Position numbers and translations under genes: made by a program. A model generated the notes under the pieces. The model worked only from the letters and a program-made list of their open reading frames with translations, did no database searches and was not told the DNA's origin. Positions 39,601 to 54,600 of a DNA stretch of 64,000 nucleotides are shown piece after piece (position 1 is the stretch's first letter; every line of letters starts with the position of its first letter). This DNA is from Tubulanus polymorphus (Eukaryota > Animalia > Nemertea), in the NCBI RefSeq assembly GCF_964204645.1, contig NC_134029.1:12302850-12366849 (forward strand), written 5' to 3'.

Positions 39601-42600
39601 TAAGGGTAACTCATACCCATACAAATTGTATTATTAGAGATACCTTAGTAGGGGATATTGATACAAAAGAATTGCAATAAAATGAAATTAATGCCGATAT
39701 TTTCATAACAATCCTCAGAAATTAAGCAATTTCATAAAGTTGCACAAGGTCTATGGACAAATTGATTTCATACAAGAAAATTTATGATTTTAGTAAAGTT
39801 AGTTTTATAGACAAATAACTAAATTCAAAACAACTTATTACCCTGATGAATCATTTTCGTTAGAAAGAGTAAAACAATGTCAAAAGTTCTAGAATCCTAT
39901 TGGTTGATTTTGATTGAAATCATGGGGTAAATTCTATCTTTTATATGACGAGTGACTGTTTCCACGAACTTGATATAAGCATTGCAACAGACTATACTCA
40001 GAACAAATGTTTGACCACCTATCTGGGAATACTTCTACTTCAAATTATATCAAATTGAATTAAAATTTATTGCGTACCTGTAGGTAAGTTTCGAACAGAT
40101 CAAACAGAAGCCAGAAAACGCATGAGATTCATACGGTTATGTAGAAATTTTTCTTATACATCTTTTAAGACATCGAAATAAGATATATCTTTGTCTATGA
40201 ATAGGTGCAACACCTAATATCAAAACCTGGCCACTCAATATGAAGAGAATTGTTTGAAGCGTTCGAGTTAGTAGATTATTCAGGAAAACTGTATTCCCGC
40301 CCGAAAGTTGCACAGGTCCTTGGATAAAAAATAAGTTTTGATTAAGGTAAACTCATACCCATACAAATTGTATTGTTAGCGATACCTTAGTAGAGCATAT
40401 CTATACAACAAAAGAATTGCAATAAAATGAAATTAATTCCGAAATTCAATAACAATCCTAATTGTAAAGCCCTCAGAAATTAAGCAATTTCATAAAGTTG
40501 CACAAGGTCTATGGACAAAATGATTTCATACAAGAAAATTCTATGATTTAAGTGAAGTTAGTTTTAAAGACAAATAACTAAATTCAAAACAACTTATTAC
40601 CCTGATGAATGATTTTCGTCAGAAAGAGTAAAACAATGTCAAAAGTTCTAGAATCCTATTGGTTGATTTTGATTGAAATCATGGGGTAAATCTTTATTTT
40701 CTATATGATGAGTAACTATTTCCACGAACTTGATATAAGCATTGCAACTGACTATACTCAGAACAAATGTTTTACCACCTATCTGGGAATACTTCTACTT
40801 CAAATTATATCAAATTGAATTACAATTTATTGCGTACCTGTAGGTAAGTTTCGAACAGATCAAATAGAAGCCAGAAAACGCATAAGAATCATACGGTTAT
40901 GTAGAAATTATTCTTATAAATCTTTTAAGACATCGAAATAAGACATATCTTTTTCTATGAATAGATGCAACACCTAATATCAAAATCTGGCCACTCAATA
41001 TGAAGAGAATTGTTTGAACTGTTCGAGTTTGAATATTATTCAGGAAAACTGTATTCCCTTCCCAAAGTTGCACAAGTCCTCAGATAAAAACTAAGTTTTG
41101 ATTAAGGGTAACTCATACCCATACAAATTGTATTGTTAGAGATACCTTAGTAGGGGATATTGATACAAAAGAATTGCAATAAAATGAAATTAATGCCGAT
41201 ATTTTCATAACAATCCTCAGAAATTAAGCAATTTCATAAAGTTGCACAAGGTCTATGGACAAATTGATTTCATACAAGAAAATTTATGATTTTAGTAAAG
41301 TTAGTTTTATAGACAAATAACTAAATTCAAAACAACTTATTACCCTGATGAATCATTTTCGTTAGAAAGAGTAAAACAGTGTCAAAAGTTCTAGAATCCT
41401 ATTGGTTGATTTTGATTGAAATCGTGGGGTAAATTCTATCTTTTATATGACGAGTGACTGTTTCCACGAACTTGATATAAGCATTGCAACAGACTATTCT
41501 CAGAACAAATGTTTGACCACCTATCTGGGAATACTTCTACTTCAAATTATATGAAATTGAATTAAAATTTATTACATACCTGTAGGTAAGTTTCGAACAG
41601 ATCAAATAGAAGCCAGAAAACGCATGAGATTCATACGGTTATGTAGAAATTTTTCTTATACATCTTTTAAGACATCGAAATAAGACATATCTTTGTCTAT
41701 GAATAGGTGCAACACCTAATATCAAAACCTGGCCACTCAATATGAAGAGAATTGTTTGAACCGTTCGAGTTAGTAGATTATTCAGGAAAACTGTATTCCC
41801 GCCCGAAAGTTGCACAGGTCCTTGGATAAAAAATAAGTTTTGATTAAGGTAAACTCATACCCATACAAATTGTATTGTTAGCGATACCTTAGTAGAGCAT
41901 ATCTATACAAAAGAATTGCAATAAAATGAAATTAATTCCGAAATTCAATAACAATCCTTATTGTAAAGCCCTCAGAAATTAAGCAATTTCATAAAGTTGC
42001 ACAAGGTCTATGGACAAAATGATTTCATACAAGAAAATTCTATGATTTAAGTGAAGTTAGTTTTAAAGACAAATAACTAAATTCAAAACAACTTATTACC
42101 CTGATGAATGATTTTCGTTAGAAAGAGTAAAACAATGTCAAAAGTTCTAGAATCCTATTGGTTGATTTTGATTGAAATCATGGGGTAAATTTTATCTTCA
42201 TGACGAGTGACTTGTTTCCACGAACTTGTTCAAAGCATTGCAAGTGACTATACTCAGAACAAATGTTTGACCACCTATCTGGGAATACTTCTACTTCAAA
42301 TTATATCAAATTGAATTATAGCTTATTACTTACCTGTAGGTAAGTTTCGAACAGATCAAATAGAAGCCAGAAAACGCATAAGATTCATACGGTTATGTAG
42401 AAATTTTTCTCATACATCGTTTAAGACAACGAAATAAGACATATCTTTTTCTATGAATAGGTGCAAACCCTTATATCAAAACCTGGCCACTCAATATGAA
42501 GAGAATTGTTTGAACCGTTCGAGTTTGTACATTATTCAGGAAAACTGTATTCCCGCCCGAAAGGTGCACAGGTCGTTGGATAAAAAATAAGTTTTGATTA

Positions 42601-45600
42601 AGGGTAACTCATACCCATACAAATTGTATTGTTAGAGAATCTTTAGTAGAGCATATCTATACAAAAGAATTGCAATAAAATGAAATTAATTCCGAAATTC
42701 AATAACAATCCTAATTGTAAAGCCCTCAGAAATTAAGCAATTTCATAATAAAGTTGCACAAGGTCTATGGACAAATTGATTTAATACAAGAAAATTCTAT
42801 GATTTAAGTGAAGTTAGTTTTAAAGACAAATAACTAAATTCAAAACAACTTATTACCCTGATGAATGATTTTCGTTAGAAAGAGTAAAACAATGTCAAAA
42901 GTTCTAGAATCCTATTGGTTGATTTTGATTGAAATCATGGGGTAAATTTTATCTTCATGACGAGTGACTTGTTTCCACGAACTTGTTCAAAGCATTGCAA
43001 GTGACTATACTCAGAACAAATGTTTGACCACCTATCTGGGAATACTTCTACTTCAAATTATATCAAATTGAATTATAGCTTATTACTTACCTGTAGGTAA
43101 GTTTCGAACAGATCAAATAGAAGCCAGAAAACGCATAAGATTCATACGGTTATGTAGAAATTTTTCTCATACATCGTTTAAGACAACGAAATAAGACATA
43201 TCTTTTTCTATGAATAGGTGCAAACCCTTATATCAAAACCTGGCCACTCAATATGAAGAGAATTGTTTGAACCGTTCGAGTTTGTACATTATTCAGGAAA
43301 ACTGTATTCCCGCCCGAAAGGTGCACAGGTCGTTGGATAAAAAATAAGTTTTGATTAAGGGTAACTCATACCCATACAAATTGTATTGTTAGAGAATCCT
43401 TAGTAGAGCATATCTATACAAAAGAATTGCAATAAAATGAAATTAATTCCGAAATTCAATAACAATCCTAATTGTAAAGCCCTCAGAAATTAAGCAATTT
43501 CATAATAAAGTTGCACAAGGTCTATGGACAAATTGATTTAATACAAGAAAATTCTATGATTTTAGTGAAGTTAGTTTTAAAGACAAATAACTAAATTCAA
43601 AACAACTTATTACCCTGATGAATGATTTTCATTAGAAAGAGTAAAACAATGTCATAAGTTCTAGAATCCTATTGGTTGATTTTGATTGAAATCATGGGGT
43701 AAATCTTATCTTTATGACGAGTGACTGTTTCCACGAACTTGATATAAGCATTGCAACTGACTATACTCAGAACAAATGTTTGACCACCTATCTGGGAATA
43801 CTTCTACTTCAAATTATATCAAATTGAATTATAGCTTATTACTTTCCTGTAGGTAAGTTTCGAACAGATCAAATAGAAGCCAGAAAACGCATAAGATTCA
43901 TACGGTTATGTAGAAATTTTTCTCATACATCGTTTAAGACAACGAAATAAGACATATCTTTTTCTATGAATAGGTGCAAACCCTTATATCAAAACCTGGC
44001 CACTCAATATGAAGAGAATTGTTTGAACCGTTCGAGTTTGTACATTATTCAGGAAAACTGTATTCCCGCCCGAAAGATGCACAGGTCGTTGGATAAAAAA
44101 TAAGTTTTGATTAAGGGTAACTCATACCCATACAAATTGTATTGTTAGAGAATCCTTAGTAGAGCATATCTATACAAAGGAATTGCAATAAAATGAAATT
44201 AATTCCGAAATTCAATAACAATTCTTATTGTAAAGCCCTCAGAAATTAAGCAATTTCATAAAGTTGCACAAGGTCTATGGACAAATTGATTTTATACAAG
44301 AAAATTCTATGATTTTAGTGAAGTTAGTTTTAAAGACAAATAACTAAATTCAAAACAACTTATTACTCTGATGAATCATTTTCGTTAGAAAGAGTAAAAC
44401 AATGTCAAAAGTTCTAGAATCCTATTGGTTGATTTTGATTGAAATCATGGGGTAAATCTTTATTTTCTATATGATGAGTAACTATTTCCACGAACTTGAT
44501 ATAAGCATTGCAACTGACTATACTCAGAACAAATGTTTTACCACCTATCTGGGAATACTTCTACTTCAAATTATATCAAATTGAATTAAAATTTATTGCG
44601 TACCTGTAGGTAAGTTTCGAACAGATCAAATAGAAGCCAGAAAACGCATAAGATTCATACGGTTATGTAGAAATTTTTCTTATACATCTTTTGAGATATC
44701 GAAATAAGACATATCTTTGTCTATGAATAGATGCAACACCTAATATCAAAATCTGGCCACTCAATATGAAGAGAATTGTTTGAACCGTTTGGGTTAGTAG
44801 ATTATTCAGGAAAACTGTATTCCCGCCCGAAAGTTGCACAGGTCCTTGGATAAAAAATAAGTTTTGATTAAGGGTAACTCATATCCATACAAATTGTATT
44901 GTTAGAGAAACCTTAGTAGAGCATATCTATACAAAAGAATTGCAACAAAATGAAATTAATTCCGAAATTCAATAACAATCCTAATTGTAAAGCCCTCAGA
45001 AATTAAGCAATTTCATAAAGTTGCACAAGGTCTATGGACAAATTGATTTAATACAAGAAAATTCTATGATTTTAGTGAAGTTAGTTTTAAAGTCAAATAA
45101 CTAAATTCAAAACAACTTATTACCCTGATGAATGATTTTCATTAGAAAGAGTAAAACAATGTCATAAGTTCTAGAATCCTATTGGTTGATTTTGATTGAA
45201 ATCATGGGGTAAATCTTATCTTTATGACGAGTGACTGTTTCCACGAACTTGATATAAGCATTGCAACTGACTATACTCAGAACAAATGTTTGACCACCTA
45301 TCTGGGAATACTTCGACTTCAAATTATATCAAATTGAATTACAATTTATTGCGTACCTGTAGGTAAGTTTCGAACACATCAAATAGAAGCCAGAAAACGC
45401 ATAAGAATCATACGGTTATGTAGAAATTATTCTTATAAATCTTTTAAGACATCGAAATAAGACATATCTTTTTCTATGAATAGATGCAACACCTAATATC
45501 AAAATCTGGCCACTCAATATGAAGAGAATTGTTTGAACTGTTCGAGTTTGAATATTATTCAGGAAAACTGTATTCCCTTCCCAAAGTTGCACAAGTCCTC

Positions 45601-48600
45601 AGATAAAAACTAAGTTTTGATTAAGGGTAACTCATACCCATACAAATTGTATTGTTAGAGATACCTTAGTAGGGGATATTGATACAAAAGAATTGCAATA
45701 AAATGAAATTAATGCCGATATTTTCATAACAATCCTCAGAAATTAAGCAATTTCATAAAGTTGCACAAGGTCTATGGACAAATTGATTTCATACAAGAAA
45801 ATTTATGATTTTAGTAAAGTTAGTTTTATAGACAAATAACTAAATTCAAAACAACTTATTACCCTGATGAATCATTTTCGTTAGAAAGAGTAAAACAGTG
45901 TCAAAAGTTCTAGAATCCTATTGGTTGATTTTGATTGAAATCGTGGGGTAAATTCTATCTTTTATATGACGAGTGACTGTTTCCACGAACTTGATATAAG
46001 CATTGCAACAGACTATACTCAGAACAAATGTTTGACCACCTATCTGGGAATACTTCTACTTCAAATTATATGAAATTGAATTAAAATTTATTGCGTACCT
46101 GTAGGTAAGTTTCGAACAGATCAAATAGAAGCCAGAAAACGCATGAGATTCATACGGTTATGTAGAAATTTTTCTAATACATCTTTTAAGACATCGAAAT
46201 AAGACATATCTTTGTCTATGAATAGGTGCAACACCTAATATCAAAATCTGGCCACTCAATATGAAGAGAATTGTTTGAACCGTTTGGGTTAGTAGATTAT
46301 TCAGGAAAACTGTATTCCCGCCCGAAAGTTGCACAGGTCCTTGGATAAAAAATAAGTTTTCATTAAGGGTAACTCATACCCATACAAATTGTATTGTTAG
46401 AGAAACCTTAGTAGAGCATATCTATACAAAAGAATTGCAATAAAATGAAATTAATTCCGAAATTCAATAACAATCCTAATTGTAAAGCCCTCAGAAATTA
46501 AGCAATTTCATAAAGTTGCACAAGGTCTATGGACAAATTGATTTAATACAAGAAAATTCTATGATTTTAGTGAAGTTAGTTTTAAAGACAAATGACTAAA
46601 TTCAAAACAACTTATTACTCTGATGAATCATTTTCGTTAGAAAGAGTAAAACAATGTCAAAAGTTCTAGAATCCTATTGGTTGATTTTGATTGAAATCAT
46701 GGGGTAAATTCTATCCTTTATATGACGAGTGACTGTTTCCACGAACTTGATATAAGCATTGCAACAGACTATACTCAGAACAAATGTTTGACCACCTATC
46801 TGGGAATACTTCTACTTCAAATTATATCAAATTGAATTAAAATTTATTGCGTACCTGTAGGTAAGTTTCGAACAGATCAAATAGAAGCCAGAAAACGCAT
46901 GAGATTCATACGGTTATGTAGAAATTTTTCTTATACATCTTTTAAGACATCGAAATAAGATATATCTTTGTCTATGAATAGGTGCAACACCTAATATCAA
47001 AACCTGGCCACTCAATATGAAGAGAATTGTTTGAAGCGTTCGAGTTAGTAGATTATTCAGGAAAACTGTATTCCCGCCCGAAAGTTGCACAGGTCCTTGG
47101 ATAAAAAATAAGTTTTGATTAAGGTTAACTCATACCCATACAAATTGTATTGTTAGCGATACCTTAGTAGAGCATATCTATACAAAAGAATTGCAATAAA
47201 ATGAAATAAATTCCGAAATTCAATAACAATCCTAATTGTAAAGCCCTCAGATATTAAGCAATTTCATAAAGTTGCACAAGGTCTATGGACAAAATGATTT
47301 CATACAAGAAAATTCTATGATTTAAGTGAAGTTAGTTTTAAAGACAAATAACTAAATTCAAAACAACTTATTACCCTGATGAATGATTTTCGTCAGAAAG
47401 AGTAAAACAATGTCAAAAGTTCTAGAATCCTATTGGTTGATTTTGATTGAAATCATGGGGTAAATCTTTATTTTCTATATGATGAGTAACTATTTCCACG
47501 AACTTGATATAAGCATTGCAACTGACTATACTCAGAACAAATGTTTTACCACCTATCTGGGAATACTTCTACTTCAAATTATATCAAATTGAATTAAAAT
47601 TTATTGCGTACCTGTAGGTAAGTTTCGAACAGATCAAATAGAAGCCAGAAAACGCATAAGATTCATACGGTTATGTAGAAATTTTTCTTATACATCTTTT
47701 GAGATATCGAAATAAGACATATCTTTTGCTATGAATAGATGCAACACCTAATATCAAAATCTGGCCACTCAATATGAAGAGAATTGTTTGAACCGTTTGG
47801 GTTAGTAGATTATTCAGGAAAACTGTATTCCCGCCCGAAAGTTGCACAGGTCCTTGGATAAAAAATAAGTTTTGATTAAGGGTAACTCATACCCATACAA
47901 ATTGTATTGTTAGAGAAACCTTAGTAGAGCATATCTATACAAAAGAATTGCAATAAAATGAAATTAATTCCGAAATTCAATAACAATCCTAATTGTAAAG
48001 CCCTCAGAAATTAAGCAATTTCATAAAGTTGCACGAGGTCTATGGACAAATTTATTTAATACAAGAAAATTCTATGATTTTAGTGAAGTTAGTTTTAATG
48101 TCAAATAACTAAATTCAAAACAACTTATTACCCTGATGAATGATTTTCATTAGAAAGAGTAAAACAATGTCATAAGTTCTAGAATCCTATTGGTTGATTT
48201 TGATTGAAATCATGGGGTAAATCTTATCTTTATGACGAGTGACTGTTTCCACGAACTTGATATAAGCATTGCAACTGACTACTCAGAACAAATGTTTGAC
48301 CACCTATCTGGGAATACTTCTACTTCAAATTATATCAAATTGAATTACAATTTATTGCGTACCTGTAGGTAAGTTTCGAACACATCAAATAGAAGCCAGA
48401 AAACGCATAAGAATCATACGGTTATGTAGAAATTATTCTTATAAATCTTTTAAGACATCGAAATAAGACATATCTTTTTCTATGAATAGATGCAACACCT
48501 AATATCAAAATCTGGCCACTCAATATGAAGAGAATTGTTTGAACTGTTCGAGTTTGAATATTATTCAGGAAAACTGTATTCCCTTCCCAAAGTTGCACAA

Positions 48601-51600
48601 GTCCTCAGATAAAAACTAAGTTTTGATTAAGGGTAACTCATACCCATACAAATTGTATTGTTAGAGATACCTTAGTAGGGGATATTGATACAAAAGAATT
48701 GCAATAAAATGAAATTAATGCCGATATTTTCATAACAATCCTCAGAAATTAAGCAATTTCATAAAGTTGCACAAGGTCAATGGACAAATTGATTTCATAC
48801 AAGAAAATTTATGATTTTAGTAAAGTTAGTTTTATAGACAAATAACTAAATTCAAAACAACTTATTACCCTGATGAATCATTTTCGTTAGAAAGAGTAAA
48901 ACAGTGTCAAAAGTTCTAGAATCCTATTGGTTGATTTTGATTGAAATCGTGGGGTAAATTCTATCTTTTATATGACGAGTGACTGTTTCCACGAACTTGA
49001 TATAAGCATTGCAACAGACTATACTCAGAACAAATGTTTGACCACCTATCTGGGAATACTTCTACTTCAAATTATATGAAATTGAATCAAAATTTATTAC
49101 ATACCTGTAGGTAAGTTTCGAACAGATCAAATAGAAGCCAGAAAACGCATGAGATTCATACGGTTATGTAGAAATTTTTCTTATACATCTTTTAAGACAT
49201 CGAAATAAGACATATCTTTGTCTATGAATAGGTGCAACACCTAATATCAAAACCTGGCCACTCAATATGAAGAGAATTGTTTGAACCGTTCGAGTTAGTA
49301 GATTATTCAGGAAAACTGTATTCCCGCCCGAAAGTTGCACAGGTCCTTGGATAAAAAATAAGTTTTGATTAAGGTAAACTCATACCCATACAAATTGTAT
49401 TGTTAGCGATACCTTAGTAGAGCATATCTATACAAAAGAATTGCAATAAAATGAAATTAATTCCGAAATTCAATAACAATCCTTATTGTAAAGCCCTCAG
49501 AAATTAAGCAATTTCATAAAGTTGCACAAGGTCTATGGACAAAATGATTTCATACAAGAAAATTCTATGATTTAAGTGAAGTTAGTTTTAAAGACAAATA
49601 ACTAAATTCAAAACAACTTATTACCCTGATGAATGATTTTCGTTAGAAAGAGTAAAACAATGTCAAAAGTTCTAGAATCCTATTGGTTGATTTTGATTGA
49701 AATCATGGGGTAAATTTTATCTTCATGACGAGTGACTTGTTTCCACGAACTTGTTTAAAGCATTGCAAGTGACTATACTCAGAACAAATGTTTGACCACC
49801 TATCTGGGAATACTTCTACTTCAAATTATATCAAATTGAATTATAGCTTATTACTTACCTGTAGGTAAGTTTCGAACGGATCAAATAGAAGCCAGAAAAC
49901 GCATAAGATTCATACGGTTATGTAGAAATTTTTCTCATACATCGTTTAAGACAACGAAATAAGACATATCTTTTTCTATGAATAGGTGCAAACCCTTATA
50001 TCAAAACCTGGCCACTCAATATGAAGAGAATTGTTTGAACCGTTCGAGTTTGTACATTATTCAGGAAAACTGTATTCCCGCCCGAAAGGTGCACAGGTCG
50101 TTGGATAAAAAATAAGTTTTGATTAAGGGTAACTCATACCCATACAAATTGTATTGTTAGAGAATCCTTAGTAGAGCATATCTATACAAAAGAATTGCAA
50201 TAAAATGAAATTAATTCCGAAATTCAATAACAATCCTAATTGTAAAGCCCTCAGAAATTAAGCAATTTCATAATAAAGTTGCACAAGGTCTATGGACAAA
50301 TTGATTTAATACAAGAAAATTCTATGATTTTAGTGAAGTTAGTTTTAAAGACAAATAACTAAATTCAAAACAACTTATTACCCTGATGAATGATTTTCAT
50401 TAGAAAGAGTAAAACAATGTCATAAGTTCTAGAATCCTATTGGTTGATTTTGATTGAAATCATGGGGTAAATCTTATCTTTATGACGAGTGACTGTTTCC
50501 ACGAACTTGATATAAGCATTGCAACTGAATATACTCAGAACAAATGTTTGACCACCTATATGGGAATACTTCTACTTCAAATTATATCAAATTGAATTAC
50601 AATTTATTGGGTACCTGTAGGTAAGTTTTGAACAGATCAAATAGAAGCCAGAAAACGCATAAGATTCATACGGTTATGTAGAAATTTTTCTTATACATCT
50701 TTTAAGACATCGAAATAAGACATATCTTTTTCTATGAATAGATGCAACACCTAATATCAAAATTTGGCCACTCAATATGAAGAGAATTGTTTGAACTGTT
50801 CGAGTTTGAATATTATTCAGGAAAACTGTATTCCCTTCCCAAAGTTGCACAAGTCCTCGGATAAAAACTAAGTTTTGATTAAGGGTAACTCATACCCATA
50901 CAAATTGTATTATTAGAGATACCTTAGTAGGGGATATTGATACAAAAGAATTTCAATAAAATGAAATACATGTCGATATTTTCATAACAATCCTCAGAAA
51001 TTAAGCAATTTCATAAAGTTGCACAAGGTCTATGGACAAATTGATTTCATACAAGAAAATCTATGATTTTAGTAAAGTTAGTTTTATAGACAAATAACTA
51101 AATTCAAAACAACTTATTACCCTGATGAATCATTTTCGTTAGAAAGAGTAAAACATTGTCAAAAGTTCTAGAATCCTATTGGTTGATTTTGATTGAAATC
51201 ATGGGGTAAATTCTATCTTTTATATGACGAGTGACTGTTTCCACGAACTTGATATAAGCATTGCAACAGACTATACTCAGAACAAATGTTTGACCACCTA
51301 TCTGGGAATACTTCTACTTCAAATTATATCAAATTGAATTAAAATTTATTGCGTACCTGTAGGTAAGTTTCGAACAGATCAAATAGAAGCCAGAAAACGC
51401 ATGAGATTCATACGGTTATGTAGAAATTTTTCTTATACATCTTTTAAGACATCGAAATAAGATATATCTTTGTCTATGAATAGGTGCAACACCTAATATC
51501 AAAACCTGGCCACTCAATATGAAGAGAATTGTTTGAAGCGTTCGAGTTAGTAGATTATTCAGGAAAACTGTATTCCCGCCCGAAAGTTGCACAGGTCCTT

Positions 51601-54600
51601 GGATAAAAAATAAGTTTTGATTAAGGTTAACTCATACCCATACAAATTGTATTGTTAGCGATACCTTAGTAGAGCATATCTATACAAAAGAATTGCAATA
51701 AAATGAAATAAATTCCGAAATTCAATAACAATCCTAATTGTAAAGCCCTCAGAAATTAAGCAATTTCATAAAGTTGCACAAGGTCTATGGACAAAATGAT
51801 TTCATACAAGAAAATTCTATGATTTAAGTGAAGTTAGTTTTAAAGACAAATAACTAAATTCAAAACAACTTATTACCCTGATGAATGATTTTCGTCAGAA
51901 AGAGTAAAACAATGTCAAAAGTTCTAGAATCCTATTGGTTGATTTTGATTAGAATCATGGGGTAAATCTTTATTTTCTATATGATGAGTAACTATTTCCA
52001 CGAACTTGATATAAGCATTGCAACTGACTATACTCAGAACAAATGTTTTACCACCTATCTGGGAATACTTCTACTTCAAATTATATCAAATTGAATTAAA
52101 ATTTATTGCGTACCTGTAGGTAAGTTTCGAACAGATCAAATAGAAGCCAGAAAACGCATAAGATTCATACGGTTATGTAGAAGTTTTTCTTATACATCTT
52201 TTGAGATATCGAAATAAGACATATCTTTTGCTATGAATAGATGCAACACCTAATATCAAAACCTGGCCACTCAATATGAAGAGAATTGTTTGAAGCGTTC
52301 GAGTTAGTAGATTATTCAGGAAAACTGTATTCCCGCCCGAAAGTTGCACAGGTCCTTGGATAAAAAATAAGTTTTGATTAAGGTTAACTCATACCCATAC
52401 AAATTGTATTGTTAGCGATACCTTAGTAGAGCATATCTATACAAAAGAATTGCAATAAAATGAAATAAATTCCGAAATTCAATAACAATCCTGATTGTAA
52501 AGCCCTCAGAAATTAAGCAATTTCATAAAGTTGCACAAGGTCTATGGACAAAATGATTTCATACAAGAAAATTCTATGATTTAAGTGAAGTTAGTTTTAA
52601 AGACAAATAACTAAATTCAAAACAACTTATTACCCTGATGAATGATTTTCGTTAGAAAGAGTAAAACAATGTCAAAAGTTCTAGAATCCTATTGGTTGAT
52701 TTTGATTGAAATCATGGGGTAAATTTTATCTTCATGACGAGTGACTTGTTTCCACGAACTTGTTCAAAGCATTGCAAGTGACTATACTCAGAACAAATGT
52801 TTGACCACCTATCTGGGAATACTTCTACTTCAAATTATATCAAATTGAATTATAGCTTATTACTTACCTGTAGGTAAGTTTCGAACAGATCAAATAGAAG
52901 CCAGAAAACGCATAAGATTCATACGGTTATGTAGAAATTTTTCTCATACATCGTTTAAGACAACGAAATAAGACATATCTTTTTCTATGAATAGGTGCAA
53001 ACCCTTATATCAAAACCTGGCCACTCAATATGAAGAGAATTGTTTGAACCGTTCGAGTTAGTAGATTATTCAGGAAAACTGTATTCCCGCCCGAAAGTTG
53101 CACAGGTCCTTGGATAAAAAATAAGTTTTGATTAAGGTTAACTCATACCCATACAAATTGTATTGTTAGCGATACCTTAGTAGAGCATATCTATACAACA
53201 AAAGAATTGCAATAAAATGAAATTAATTCCGAAATTAAATAACAATCCTAATTGTAAAGCCCTCAGAAATTAAGCAATTTCATAAAGTTGCACAAGGTCT
53301 ATGGACAAAATGATTTCATACAAGAAAATTCTATGATTTAAGTGAAGTTAGTTTTAAAGACAAATAACTAAATTCAAAACAACTTATTACCCTGATGAAT
53401 GATTTTTGTCAGAAAGAGTAAAACAATGTCAAAAGTTCTAGAATCCTAATGGTTGATTTTGATTGAAATCATAACAGATCAGATTGAACAGATCAAATAG
53501 AAGCCAGAAAACGCATAAGATTCATACGGTTATGTAGAAATTTTTCTTATACATCTTTTAAGACATCGAAATAAGACATATCTTTTTCTATGAATAGATG
53601 CAACACCTAATATCAAAATCTGGCCACTCAATATAAAGAGAATTGTTTGAACCCTTCGAGTTTGACTATTATTCAGGAAAACTGTATTCCCTTCCCAAAG
53701 TTGCACAGGTCCTTGGATAAAAAATAAGTTTTGATTAAGGGTAACTCATACCCATACAAAATGTATTGTTAGAGACACCTTAGTAGGGGATATTGATACA
53801 AAAGAATTGCAATAAAATGAAATTAATTCCGATATTTTCATAACAATCCTCAGAAATTAAGCAATTTCATAAAGTTGCACAAGGTCTATGGACAAATTGA
53901 TTTCATACAAGAAAATTGTATGATTTTAGTGAAGTTAGTTTTAAAGACAAATAACTAAATTCAAAACAACTTAGTACCCTGATGAATGATTTTCATTAGA
54001 AAGAGTAAAACAATGTCAAAAGTTCTAGAATCCTATTGGTTGATTTTGATTGAAATCATGGGGTAAATCTTATCTTTATGACGAGTAACTATATCTATAC
54101 AAAAGAATTGCAACGTAGTTGATTTTGAATGAAATCATGGGGTAACTCTTATCTTTTATATGACGAGTGACTTGTTTCCACGAACTTGTTTTAAAGCATT
54201 GCAAGTGACTATACTCAGAACAAATTTTTGACCACCTATCTGGGAAATACTTCTCTTTCAAATTATTTCAAATTGAATTATAGCTTATTACTTACCTGAA
54301 GGTAAGTTTCGAACAGATCAAATAGAAGCCAGAAAACGCATAAGATTCATACGGTTATGTAGAAATTTTTTCTTATGCATCGTTTAAGACAACGAAATAA
54401 GACATATCTTTTTCTATGAATAGGTGCGAACCCTTATATCAAAACCTGGCCACTCAATATGAAGAGAATTGTTTGAACCGTTCGAGTTTGTACATTATTC
54501 GGGAAAACTGTATTCCCGCCCGAAAGATGCACAGGTCCTTGGATAAAAAATAAGTTTTGATTAAGGGTAACTCATACCCATACAAATTGTATTGTTAGAG

